From assembly GCA_002269645.1 (NCBI GenBank), contig NIVC01002746.1, positions 1 through 64,000 on the forward strand: a DNA stretch of 64,000 bases. The letters run 5' to 3'. Position numbers and translations under genes: made by a program. Origin of the DNA: Macrostomum lignano. Its lineage: Eukaryota. Shown here piece after piece: positions 1 to 13,056 of this stretch. The notes under the pieces are model-generated. The model ran no database searches. It had not been told where the DNA came from and was given only the letters and a program-made list of their open reading frames with translations. Numbering within the stretch: the stretch's first letter is position 1; every line of letters starts with the position of its first letter.

Positions 1-231
1 ACAGAAGCCGTACCCCTCGCAGTATTTATAGTAGTTGCCAGGAGGGTTAGGAGCCTGATGGTTTGGGAGCCCCTCAACCCCTTTGGCTCCGAGACCCTCT
101 ATGGCCAGGATAGGCTCCCCTCTGACCAGCCAATCCTGGCCACTCAGTGAGACCCCTCAGGCTCCCAAACCATCAGGCTCCTAACCCCTCTTGGCAACTG
201 CTATAAATACGGCAAGGGGTGCGGCTTCTGT
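1..231. repeat. Imperfect foldback inverted repeat; arms 1-70 and 161-231, inner stem 102-116/128-142
   Basis: The reverse complement of 161-231 matches 1-70 with about 5 substitutions and 1 indel. Inner arms TGGCCAGGATAGGCT and AGCCAATCCTGGCCA pair with 1 mismatch. It may extend beyond the window start. Confidence 0.9.
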
Positions 232-621
232 TTTTCATATTTTTCTTTATCTAATTTGCTAATTATCTAGTGTTCATTCCGTGTCAATTCAAAGGTTTTC
301 GTAAGTTTGATTTCTTGTTTTTGCTCTTGCATATTTCTTACTGTGTGTATATAATTGCATTTATTTGCCTGTTTTTTATTTTGCTAATTTTGCTAATTTG
401 CTTTGATTTGTATTTCTTACTTGTGTATATACTTGCTCTTATTTGCTTTTTATTTAAAATTTGCTTCATTGCTTATCATTGCTTATTTGCTTTCATTAAT
501 TGATGCAAATTGCGAACCCATCGCTAATGGCTGAGCTGCCCACAGACGTACTGTCTGTTGAGGCAGCCAGCAGTAACAACGAAGTGATTGCGCTGCCCAC
601 GGATGAATCGTGGGCAGCTCT

Positions 622-790
622 GGCAAATGTCGGCTGGCAAACGTCCCGCAGGCAAACGTCGGCTGGCAAACGTCCGGCAGGCAAACTTCGGCTGGCAAAC
701 GTCCCACTGGCAAACGTCGGCTGGCAAATGTCGGCTGGCAAACGTCACGCAGGCAAACGTCGGCTGGCAAACGTCCGCAGGCAAACGTCG
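622..790. repeat. Degenerate short tandem motif GGCAAACGTC(G/C)GCT
   Basis: About 12 copies of GGCAAA(C/T)GTC are visible directly. Confidence 0.8.
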
Positions 791-1227
791 CTATCCCGCA
801 GGAAAAGAGTGCAGAGAGAGACAAAAAGAGGGGGGAAAGGGAAAGTACAAGAAGATAGGGTGGAGTGCAGGGGAGATAAGGTAGAGGGGAGGGTACAGAG
901 AGAGACAGGAGCTTCGGAAAGGCAGGTGTGGCGGCAGGGGAGACGGAACCAAGGCAGTAGGAGGGGGGGCAGCAGAGCGGGAGTCTCCAGGCCTGGGCGG
1001 AGACCTGGCCGAGTCTCGACAGCTCTGTGCAGAGGGTACACGGGATAGGAGGCACTTTCGAAAAAGTTCCCATGCCCTATCCCGCGACCAGAGCGTGGTT
1101 ATATCATGGGAATGAAGTGGGGGAAATTATATATTGTCTGTGGTAATCACTCGCCAGTCTATTCATCTGAATATCAATATCTCAATAGCTGAACATAGTC
1201 TGCACACATGGATGTCAAGTATGATTG

Positions 1228-2086
1228 GTGCACATGGCTGGTTGCATTGGCTATTATGGTCGGTGCACACGGGTGAACATGGCTGTTTGCAGTGGCGAGT
1301 ATGGTCGGTGCACACGGGTGAACATGGCTGTTTGCAGTGGCGACTATGGTCGGTGCACACGGGTGGTTGCAGTGGCGAGCATGGTCGGTGCACACGGGTG
1401 AACATGACTGTTTGTAGTGGCGAGCATGGTCGGCGCACACCGGTGAACATGGCTGTTTGCAGTGGCGAGTATGGTCGGTGCACACGGGTGAACATGGCTG
1501 TTTGCAGTGGCGAGTATGGTCGGTGCACACGGGTGAACATGGCTGTTTGCAGTGGCGAGTATGGTCGGTGCACACCGGTGAACATGGCTGTTTGCAGTGG
1601 CGAGTATGGTCGGTGCACACGGGTGAACATGACTGTTTGCAGTGGCGAGCATGGTCGGTGCACACGGGTGAACATGGCTATTTGCAGTGGCGAGTATGGT
1701 CGGTGCACACGGGTGAACATGGCTGTTTGCAGTGGCGAGTATGGTCGGTGGACACGGGTGGTTGCAGTGGCGAGTATGGTCGGTGCACACGGGTGAACAT
1801 GGCTGTTTGCAGTGGCGAGTATGGTCGGTGCACACGGGTGGTTGCAGTGGCGAGCATGGTCGGTGCACACGGGTGGTTGCAGTGGCGAGTATGGTCGGTG
1901 CACACGGGTGGTTGCAGTGGCGAGCATGGTCGGTGCACACGGGTGAACATGGCTGTTTGCAGTGGCGAGTATGGTCGGTGCACACGGGTGCACATAGCTG
2001 TTTGCAGTGGCGAGCATGGTCGGTGCACACGGGTGAACATGGCTGTTTGCAGTGGCGAGTATGGTCGGTGCACACGGGTGCACATG
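1228..2086. repeat. 45-bp minisatellite with 33-bp deletion variants
   Basis: Unit GGTCGGTGCACACGGGTGAACATGGCTGTTTGCAGTGGCGAGTAT. Its 15-codon period explains the overlapping repetitive ORFs on both strands. Confidence 0.95.
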
Positions 2087-3684
2087 GAATAGATCGATGT
2101 GAGAATAGATACAATAAACAAGAGAAACTCAGACACTTGAGCGAGTATAAATGAATGAACTACTCAGTGATATCCAAATTTACATCCAAATGAGGAACTT
2201 TATTAAAATTTCACCCTAGTAATAAGTGCTGTGGCATGTCTTGGCAGGAGGCTGTTAAAATTGGAAAATTGCTTGAGATAAACCAACTGACCGATGTATA
2301 TTAGTTAGTAAGTCGAGAAGGATGTTTTATATGATTCTTCTGCCATTTTTAAATCGTTTGTACATATATACTATTTATTTATGCGATTATATTTTGCTCA
2401 TGGTTTGTACATATTTTTGGATCCATAGTTGATTGGCTGACTTTGTTTCAAAGCGGTCAATTCATTGTTTTGTTAAATAATAGTATGTGTAAAGTGCATG
2501 CCGTTACCGTTCTGCATACGTTATAAAATTTGTATAAATATTTAAGTGGTTTATTGACCAACATTCCGTTGCTGGTTGTTGACGCCAAAACTGTGTCCAA
2601 GTCATGTACATACAATTTCAAATGGGTCAAGATTTTAATCATGGCCGGTTGTTGTCAAACGTGTCCTCGTAGATGCCAAAGGTGTGTGATTATAATTGTC
2701 AATGTTGCTGTGCTAGTGACTAATAAAAACTGCTAACATTGTGTATGTATGTATATATGTATGTATGTATGCGTCTGTTTGTCAAAGCTGTGCTCAATTG
2801 AGACAAATCTGAGTACATGATTAATAACCGATAAAACAGGAAAAAAATTAAAAATTCAAACCACCATACGAACAATGGATAATAACTGTCAATAAGCTGA
2901 TTAAAATTTTCGTTGAATTATAATATAGTTTCAATAAACATATAGTGACAAATGTGAGCAATTTTATTTTTTGTTTTCATTTTTTCTCGTAGTGTCAGAA
3001 GTTTTCTGGTTCGCTTCATAATAAAGTCAGTTAAATAGCTCGAGAAGGCACCGCGTCTGGACGAGGCAGCGACTGAGTAACTGGGTGACCGAGTGTTAGT
3101 CGTAGTGTCCTGCCGCTCGAATGCGAGCAGTTGTCCAGAACAAAGATGGTTGACTGTTGGCGACCACACACCTGGCAGTCAGTGGTTGGGTAGCGGTATG
3201 CTGTTGTAAGACATTAATTTAGAATTTAGAAAGTAGACGAGCTAACAAAGAACCGAATTGTTTTGTGTTTTGAACTATATTTAAATGGGTGTATGGAGAG
3301 ATGTAGTCAGACGAGAGAGATGCATACATACTATTATACAGATGCAGACAGGAGACAAGAGAATGTGAGAATTTTGAGTGACAATCGAACGGGTAGATTG
3401 GGAGACATAGTGGGTGAAGTGCATGCAGGGAGAAATAGATAGAGACGGATAGAGAGAGAGAGAGCACCATAGACAAATTTATATAGAACAGAACAGTATT
3501 TACCATAGACAACTGTTATAGAGAACAGGTTACGCTCAAACGAGGCAATGTTTTATAATGCGACGAGTCTGACTCAGTTAAGATAATCACAGCATACCAG
3601 CTTTGTTAAAATCAACTGTTGTATAGTTTAGATATTATTTTAATCATTTCATCAATCAATCAATCAATCACCAATCAGTCAATC

Positions 3685-4521
3685 ATGTCCGGTGACAACA
3701 GAAAATTACAAAAACAACAGCAACAGCAGCAGCAGCAGCAGCAACAGCAACAACATCTACATGAGTCGCATCGTTGTCAGCTGAACACTGCCAATGATCA
3801 TCTCGCCTGGGCAGACGACGTCTCAGACGCGGAGTTGGTCGCTGCGTGTGTATCGGTCGAACAACAACACACAACGCAGCAACCATTGATGAATGCGTCT
3901 GCATCGTATGCAGAGACCAGACGCGCAGTGTCAGCGCTACATTCGGCAGGCGTCGATTAGGCTGACCAGCTCGACGAAGCGATGCGCTGGTTAGACGGCG
4001 ATTTGTACGCAGCGAACGCGATTGTAACCGACGTTGCTGCGACATCGATGCCGTCTAACTCGCATAAGCGGTGTCATTCGTGCATCAGCCAAGAACACCA
4101 CCAGCGTGACATGGACGTCGATCTTGATGCCGATATCGACACCCTGATCGACCCAGAGACGCTGGCAGAATGCGACGCACTAGAAGCAGCTTATTATGCT
4201 TCTATGTGCAGCAACGACGATGCCGCTAATGAAAACGTCGAACAGCCGCCAACTGATGCGACTACTGACGATGCAAATGCGGCCGCCTCTGATGACATGT
4301 ACATGTCAGATGCGGAGCTTGTTGCCGCATGCGAAGAGGTCGAGGCGACATTCCATCTGAGCGCCATCGATCAATGTGCACCACCGGACGAAGCGTTGGC
4401 TAGCCCAATTAGTCAAGTCGATCCGTCCGTGTCGCTGTACGACTCTGATGGCAATCTGCTAGAGGAGTCCAGCTTTGCCGTTGATCGGCGGTCAGTCGCC
4501 TGCCAGGTGGATATGTGCTGA
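3685..4521 (+). pseudogene. Intronless acidic orphan ORF with N-terminal polyQ, interrupted by one in-frame TAG (3958-3960)
   Basis: ATG at 3685. ORFs 3619-3960 and 3982-4521 share a frame. The internal motif SDAELVAAC occurs twice, and the C-terminal motif is shared with ORF 5582-6136. Confidence 0.55.
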
Positions 4522-5581
4522 CATTGACGCAATCGCGCCTGGACTCTACTGTACCGTAGATGGCGTTCTCGTCGATCCACCGACTAGATAAATGGATGGA
4601 TGGATGGTCGATCGAGCCAGTACAGTCGTATGCGCCTACTGTAGTCTGCTGCCGGTCCTGACCAGGCCGTGAATCTGGTTGATTGATTGATTGATTGCTT
4701 GACTGATTAATTAACTAACTAGTAAATAATGTATGAACTTAATTATCTGATAAGTTCAGTCTATTAGTGAGTTCAGTCTATCATTGTTAGTGATTTAATG
4801 ACACTAGACATTGATTCTTGACGTTGTTTATGCATTACATTTGTAAACATGAGTAGCGTTTTGAATATAACATGTTTGTTTCCATAAATAAATGTATCAA
4901 TGTACATTGGAACGATCCGTTCTCTAACTATTAATCCCATATACTAAAATTCTATGATAGACGATACAACTGCAAAATTTATGTCATGGTATGTATGTGA
5001 TTGAGGATATGTACGAGAGACCATAGTATTATAGAGAGTGCACACGATAAAGAGTGTCCTATTTGGGAATGAGGTTATTTACTAGGAGGAAAATGAAGAT
5101 TAAAAGGATGAATGGGATTGACAATGCTAACGCGACTGAGACTGATTGAAAGTGCAGCATATTGAAAGTGATTATGAGAGACCATATGGAATATGGATTA
5201 CGGATGGATGGTAACGTACGTGATATGGGTATGTTGCGTGATTGTGTACATGCAGACACAAGAGAATCGGTAACAATAAATTCTGATAATTGTGCAGATT
5301 GTGCATATTTTAGACAAGCATAAGTACAAATGCATAAGTACAACTATTCTGTACTCAGTAAAGTTCGTAAATATTAGAATTATAGATTGTTATTAATGAT
5401 GACATTAACTATAATTTGTTCGCATCTACTGCTCATCAGTCTGTTCTATAAAGAAACTTTGTTTTAGATTTGGTATCTTGTTAATAATTAGTAATTAAAT
5501 AATAATTCAGTCCAACTGTTTGTTGTATTGTCAGTCAAACTTAAAAGCTTTTTATTAACTAACTCACTCCAAAACATCATA

Positions 5582-6136
5582 ATGAACCACTATGAGCCGA
5601 GATGTGACCTGGACGAGTCCGAGTCGACCTGCCCGCTACAAATGACTGTTGACCATGCTGACGATGTCGAAAATGTATTGTCTGACAGTGACACTGTCAT
5701 ACTAGACAACAGTGATGAAGTATACTACGGTATCGACGAGTCCGTAGAGGGCAACACAACGTATTATACGTGTAATCCAAAGCACTCGAATGGCGACTGT
5801 TGTTCAGTGACCAACGAGGAAACTGATGCAGCCGCCGACGCAGATGATCCGATGCTCGACAATCTCGACGAGGACGCCGACGAACAGATGATCGACGAAC
5901 TAGAAGAGATTGAATTTTTATATAACCAGTTTATCGCGGAACAGCACTCGTCCGGCGACAACACTGGCTTAATCAATCCACTTAGTCGATGTAGCCCGGC
6001 CGAGTCTCTGCGTGATTCAGACGATAATCTTCTAGAGGAGTCGAGTTTCTGGAGCGGCGCTCGTTCTGTCGCGTGTCAAACTGACAACATCAGACCGGGC
6101 TCTACATCAGGTCGCATCCGTAGTTGGTCTGTATAA
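5582..6136 (+). CDS. Intronless acidic orphan protein (184 aa), paralog of 3685-4521
   Basis: ATG 5582 to TAA 6136, D/E-rich. It shares SL.DSD.NLLEESSF....RSVACQ.D with the upstream ORF, and the differences are mostly synonymous. Confidence 0.6.
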   Translation: MNHYEPRCDLDESESTCPLQMTVDHADDVENVLSDSDTVILDNSDEVYYGIDESVEGNTTYYTCNPKHSNGDCCSVTNEETDAAADADDPMLDNLDEDADEQMIDELEEIEFLYNQFIAEQHSSGDNTGLINPLSRCSPAESLRDSDDNLLEESSFWSGARSVACQTDNIRPGSTSGRIRSWSV

Positions 6137-6206
6137 TATTGATTATATAGCAGCATTGTTAAAAAGACATATTAAATCTATAAAACTACAGCATAGTTAG
6201 ATAAAA

Positions 6207-6995
6207 GGTCATATCACCAGTCAACATGGTCACAACACCAGTCAACTATGTCACACCAGCAGTCCCTTTGATCACATCACCAATCTTCACAGTCACAACA
6301 CCAGTCAATCGGGTAACATCACCACTCAATCAGTCACATCACCAGTCGCCAAGGTCACATCACCAGTCGACAAGGTCGCATCACCAGTCAACCAGGTCAC
6401 ATCACCAGTCATCACAGTCACAACACCAGTCAATCGGGTCACATCACTAGCCAGCATGGTCACATCACCAGTTAACAAGGTCACATCACCAGTCAACACG
6501 GTCACATCACCATTACACGGTCACATCACGAGTCAACACGGTCACATCACCAGTCAACATGGTCACATCACTAGTCACCACGGTCACATCACCAGTCAAC
6601 AAGGTCACATCACTAGTCACCACGGTCACATCACCTGTCAACACGGTCACATCACCAGTCAACACGGTCACAACACCAGTTAACAATGTCACATCACCAG
6701 TCACCTCGGTCACATCACCAGGCAACAAAGCACATCACCAGTCAACATGGTCACATCACCAGTTAACAAGGTCACGTCACTAGTCAACACGGTCACATCA
6801 CCAGTCAACACGGTCACATCACCAGTCACCCCGGTCACATCACTAGTCAACACGGTCACATCACCAGTCAACACGGTCACATCACCAGTCAACACGGTCA
6901 CATCACCAGTCAACACGGTCACATCGCCAGTCACCATGGTCACATCGCCAGTCAATCAGGTCACATCACCAGTCAAATATGTCACACCAGCAGTC
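6207..6995. repeat. 21-bp degenerate minisatellite (GGTCACATCACCAGTCAACAC)
   Basis: Seen directly. It translates to VTSPVNT repeats, broken by stops and frameshifts. Confidence 0.9.
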
Positions 6996-9900
6996 ACTTT
7001 GACAACAATAAGCCAATAGATGAATTTTAATACAAGCCAATAGATGCGTAAAATGGATGCTAAAATTGGCGAGCATGGTATATCCTAGGGTCTCTATGCA
7101 GTATGCAGCTTAATCTAATGAATTTTGGTGTAAACTGTAAACAAGGCATTTTTACCTGAAAAGAACATCGAATGGTTATGAAACTCAAGAAATCTGTTAA
7201 ATTAGCTGTTGAGCTGTATGGAACACTGTGCATTGGTTTCAGTGCAAAATTCCTACGATTTCCCTGTTAATTAGTCCCGGAAGTAACAAGTGTCACAACC
7301 ACAAGTTATGTTTTCATTTCAGTTTTTTATCGATAATTTTTTACCCAATAAACCGAATCTCCAGAAATTGCACACAAACATGCCTCGTTATGTGAGAAAT
7401 CAGCCGTCATAAAAATAATGTCGTTTCAGTGCGTTTTTTGCCTGATTTCAAGCAAAATATAAAAAAATCACTACTCTGATCGATTTCCAATCACTTTCGA
7501 AACATGAGCACTTGTTGCAGACACCCAAAAACTAAATCAATTTTAGCCAGGCAATAGTACGACCCGCTGTAGTATTCACCTTTAATCTACTATTCTTTTA
7601 AAATTTTAATTATTCATTTTTCGCTAACCCAATCAGCCAAAATAAGTAATTATCGATTTCTGATCAATTTTTTACCCGAAATCAGCGAAATCAGACGGCG
7701 GCAATTTACACAATATAGTACAGCAACTATGCTATAAAAATTTGAAATCGACTTAATTGCACCATGTTTTCAAAATGATAATGAGCCATATGATTTTTTA
7801 AAAATCGATTTCTGTCTATTTTCTCAGCACTGCAGAATCGTAGGTAAACAAAACTTTAGACGCTTGTAGATATTTGCATTTCGCATCTAACTGCACTGCT
7901 TTGAAGTGCAAAATCGGACATCTTCGTAGTAAAAAGTAGCGAAATAAAAAATGAGGGTAATTTTTTCACCCCCAAAACCCACAAAAACTGCATAAAGATT
8001 CCGAAATTATAAATTAAAGCGCCATATACCATTTGTAAGAAATTTTAGTTGACAACTTTGATCTTCAGCTGTCGAAACCGAATCTAGTAAGGTGTACTCG
8101 AGTTTTGAGATCTCTTAGAAGCACTTTTGAAAGAATCGTCTTTCCAGTTAATTTACGGCTCAGTTAAAAACTCTCTGCACTTAAAAGTATATTCATTCGA
8201 TACTCGTAGATCCAAAAGTTTTCTATTGATCGACACCTCACTCAACTTAATCGATCCAGTGGTGTCAAAACAGGAGCACTTTTTCAGCGAAAAAACGTGA
8301 AATTTTAAAATGCATGGGAGTCTAACTTACTTACTCGTAAATACTTTCAGGCTTTTCGTAAATCGTACCTTCGGCCGCCATGGGTAAGAAATCATTCACT
8401 CGCCCTCGGCCCCTAGCGGGGCCCGGGTTCTCTCGCTCTCGCCCGACGCCGCCTTTGGCTCGGCTCGTTATAACTGGTGGAACTAGCCAGTGTCGTGTCT
8501 GATTGACCGGGCTTACTAATTTGAATAAACTGCGATATTTTACGAGCGTAATTATTTGAGCAAATTTACTGTAAAAATCAGCTCATTGACTATAGCGTGA
8601 ATGCCGTGATAGATTGTTAGCTACATTAGTACATAATTTATGAGAATATAAAAAGATTTTTTAGTTAAATCATCTTACTGTTAATAAAATCTTGAGCCGA
8701 CATCGAAATTTCGAGAAATTTCTGTCCGCAAAGATAGTCAAAAAATTAAAACGAAGAAGGCAAAGGAGTTGGTAGTTTGGTACTTACTTAAAAATCGTCT
8801 GATCCGATATCTCAGTAACAATTTTAAACTATACTAGGTTGCTATTTTTAAGTTTCTTACTCTTAGCGAACGCATCCAGCTCGATAGGAAGGGCACCTGC
8901 AGACGCGCTCTACTGGGGCGGGGTCAGTTTTTATTAACTGCTTTAAACACCACGACCCACCCCCCCCTCAAAAAAGCTTCAAATCCACTTCACCCAACCA
9001 CCCTCTCTGCCCCTTCCAGAGTCTAGACGGACATCAAGCCTCTCAGCCAATAAGAAGAGAGCTGAGGGTGAGGGAGGCAGCAGAAGCCATAGATTATCTG
9101 ACTTGGGTTGGGGGAAGGGTGAGTTTTATCGATCGATCGAAGGAACCCAGCAAGGGGTCCCCTCTGTTCGATCGTTTCTCTTAAGGCTTGGATTCGATTT
9201 AACACACTTTCCCCCCACTTGTTCGTTTTTACTGTCTGTGATGTGCGCAGACAGCGAGAAAGTCCTCTGTCTGGCGCTGGCCCATCTGCTGCTAATTGCT
9301 AATGCTGATGAAATCGGATTCTAAGTTCAATGAAAAATCGATTGAAGAGAGCTCTGTGTCTTACCGAAAATTAATTTTAAGCTGAATAAGATTGTAAAAG
9401 AACAATCTATAGCAATAGATATTGAAATGTATGCGATTTTCTTTTAAAATTAATTTATAAAAATAGATAATCAGTTTTTGGGCCCACATAGTCACATTTT
9501 TACTAGGATTATTTCGTAATTTATTTTTCAACTAAAAACAACCTGTTCTGTCTGTTAATTAACAGTTAACACGAATCCACGATTCAAAGCGTCAAGATCA
9601 GAAACCGATTATTTCTGTACTAGTTATCGAAAAAGAGAAAAAGAAATGTCTTTTTCTAGAATTTGACAAAGAAATGTCAAATTACAATATGTAATGTCTT
9701 ACCCAGCAATTAAACACTCATTTATTCAATTATTGGCCTCATCATCTATATTTTATGAATAATTATTCTATGATTTATGCTGCATAGGCAATAGCAAGTT
9801 ATTTTCAATTTCATTGTGTTCTTTGAATGCAATTTGAAGAATGAAGGTAACGTTTTCGGGTAACTGGGTAACTTTTTACACTTTACCTAGGCCCACCCTG

Positions 9901-10114
9901 TTCCTGTGGCGTGTGTTAAGATGATGTGTATGTTTATCGATCCCATGAAGCTTTTTCGACCAATTATCAATGACTGTAATTTAAAATTTATCTCTCTTTA
10001 ATCTTAGAGAGTAGACTCACATTTTTAAGTTAGGGGGGCCTAGACATTTTATGTTATAATCTCTGACTCTAAATTAGGTTAGGATGATTGATAATGCAGG
10101 TAGACAACAGGTTG

Positions 10115-11302
10115 CAGGCGCGGATCTAGAAAATTCTTGAGGAGGGGGACAAGCTATACCGAGCACTACAACCCAATATTGGAAAATAAACTGGGAATAG
10201 TCGCAGGCCAAAAAGTATGACCAAATTTTTTTTGGCCACATCTGAGAGGCTTCCAGTTAATTTGGCAACAAGCTAATTCAGCAACAAGTCAGTTTGGCAA
10301 CAGCCAATTCGGCAAATGCTATAAAAGCTACAAAACTACAAAACGAAATTTAACATATTGCCATTCGTCCTTGCCATTTAAATAAAGGTTTGTTTTAACC
10401 ATGCCAAATAACACGTTTTCAAAGAGGTTACATGTACGCCTGGGCCTACAAGTCGCATTTTAACACATTAATTATTTATTAGAGAAGTATGCATCACATC
10501 ATATTTAATTTATGATTTTATTTGTCATTGCATTTACAACTCATTTTATGTCGATGATCAAACAAATTAATGGATTGTGTGAGTGTACAAGTTAGTCTAA
10601 AACTTTTAAAAGTTGCAAAGCTAAAAAGTTTTTAAAATTGTTTTAAAAAGTTAAAACTAGATGGAATAGGCTGTACAACAATATAAAACTTAATCATTTT
10701 GGTTGGGCCATTCAGCAAGCTACACGCGTCTAGCAAGCCTTCAGCGACTCGGTGACAAGATCTTCTTGCACTGCAGTAGAGACACGGGCAGCAGCAGCAT
10801 CAGCTGAGCAGTGTAGCTCAGCAGACTTTTCTGGGACTGCGACACAGGCTGCTTTTTTTACCTCTTTTTGCTGCCTGTATTCGTTGATTGCATTGCTTGC
10901 ACTTCTAGTTGAATGAATCAACAGACTTAAGATGAGGATAGAGTCTTTTGGAGATGCCTGCACACAGAATTGAATTGACACTCGTATCATTGTACATGTA
11001 CATTGTATACCATACGTTAACTGTATTTCATGTATTCTACCAGCACCAAACTTTGGTATTTCAGTGGTACATGTTGATACGATGTTGATTTTGAAATCCG
11101 AGTAAACATGCAAACTCAAACTCAATGCAATGGATGACAAAATGACAATGGATCGCTCCCCCCTCATGTCGCCAAACTGACTGTCACCGAATTGACTTGT
11201 TGCCGAATTAGCTATCGCCAAGTCAACCTGTTGCCAAATTAACTGGTTCCCATCTGAGAGGGGGTCATGGCCCCCCTTGGCCCCCCTTTGGATCTGCCCC
11301 TG
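10115..11302. mobile_element. Possible small non-autonomous DNA transposon hosting the element below
   Basis: Ends CAGGCGCGGATCT and GGATCTGCCCCTG are imperfectly inverted. No TSD found. Confidence 0.35.
10248..11250. mobile_element. Non-autonomous Mutator(MULE)-like DNA transposon, about 1 kb
   Basis: 9-10-bp TSD CATCTGAGA(G) at 10239-10247 and 11251-11259. TIRs have a perfect 18-nt core CCAGTTAATTTGGCAACA, with subterminal GGCAA repeats. A 9-bp TSD is characteristic of MULEs. Confidence 0.75.
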
Positions 11303-13056
11303 CTTGTGCCCTGCAGCCTTGAGGCTTGAGCCACTGAGGCAGCCTGACTTGATTCTTGTCCTTGTCCCCTTGAATGCAGATTACTAGTATCAGATATAGC
11401 AATGAGCATATATATAATGTACAGGTACAGCCCACTACAATACTATGTCTTACCTATGATTTAGCTGGTGGTCAAGGCAAGGCCGCAAGGTAGGCATATC
11501 TTAGTCTTGACTCTTATTTAGATTAATTAGTTCCATTTTTTGCATTAAAATTATATTAATTAAAAGAACAATATATGCTTATTAATTTATATGTAGCTAC
11601 CAACTAGCATAAAGCATAAATTTACTTACTAATTTAGATAAAGGGCAAGTCTCAAAAGCTTTGATGATTTTTGACAAATTGTAAAAGGCTAATAATGGCT
11701 AGGTAATTTTTTGACAATTTGAGTCATAATGACAAAAATTTAATATTTTTTTGTTTTTTTGTATAAGTTGCAAATAAAGAAAAATTGTATTTTTAGTAAA
11801 ATTGAAAACTAATTTATATGGGACATGGGTAATCTAGCCATTGTAACTTATAGTTTCAAAGATTATGTATTATGTATATATTGATTTATATGTTATATAT
11901 ATAGGTTTTATAGTATAAGGTGCCTAGAAAATATTGTTAGCATAGTTTAACTTTGATTTTGAACCTATTGATAATGTTTGTAGGTCTAAATAAAGTAACT
12001 TTAAGCTATTAAACCTAAAGCTTTAGTCATTAATAGTGTTTTACCATAGTCTATAGCTAAAGCTATGGCTATAGAATCTTATAGCAAATATGGTAAAACA
12101 GGTCACTATGGCAACTACAGATATGCCTATGTTAGATAACTACTCTTGTAGCTACAAATACAGTAATATAGTTGTTGTTGTTATATTCTGTAGATTCCCA
12201 TAGCCATAGTTATTAATTAAAAAAATAAAAAATATTACAAACAGATAGAGTAAAACAAAGATATTTTGATGAACTGTATTATAGACTTATAAACTTATAG
12301 GTTGTACCTAATAAAGTACAATAAAACACTAGCAAACTCTAACTTTTATCAATGTGATAAAGTTCAGCATTAGTACTTTCAATAGTGATTAAGTATTGTT
12401 AGTCTTTGTAAAAATGATGAAATAGAATCTTACAACCCCTCATACTTTTAGCAGAGTTGAAGAATTTTCCCGTTTCAGAAGCAATTCAGAAGCAACTTTA
12501 GGACCACTATTGCTCCCTCATAATTTGCATTAAATTAATAGTACAAATATTACATGTTGATAAAAAAGTGCTAAGCTATAAATACATACATATAAACTCT
12601 ATTTACCAACTTTAATTAGTCTAAACTCATTATGAAAATAAAGGATACAGAGACAAATAGTGGGTAGTCCCTGATAGGATAACAATTTATTTCAGTTACC
12701 ATGTAAATAACACCAGCACTATTTACATGGTACTATGCAAATAATGTCTACCAAGATTGGTATATGTCACTATATGTCAATTTGTTTTAGATACCCTGGC
12801 CCCAATATCATATACCATTGCATTGCAAACCTATTGCTTATTAATATGTCTCATTTATTGTATAAAAAGTTGGCTAAGACTATATTTACTTAGGCCTAAC
12901 TTTAGCCCTTACCTATAGCCCTATAACTATGTACATATTACATAGAAAGAGCTTTCATACATATTTTGCATTGTAAATAAAAATTATTTCACTGCATGAC
13001 CAAGTCAAATCAATAGCGTTTGTTCAATAAAACTCAGAAAATTCCACAAAGCCGCA

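Noticed and set aside
500-1048. Arg/Gly-rich 182-aa ORF
   Set aside because: Built from a degenerate repeat and a purine-rich tract, with ORFs open in most frames on both strands; no recognisable domain.
1134-2154. Cys/His-rich metallothionein-like repetitive ORFs
   Set aside because: By-product of a stop-poor 45-bp minisatellite; 33-bp variants keep the frames open on both strands.
6226-7019. Mucin-like VTSPVNT ORFs
   Set aside because: Fragmented by stops and frameshifts; no signal peptide or splice sites found.
7086-8324. Possible hAT-like element (TAGGGTCTCTATGCA .. TGCATGGGAGTCTA)
   Set aside because: The inverted match is weak and no TSD is present.
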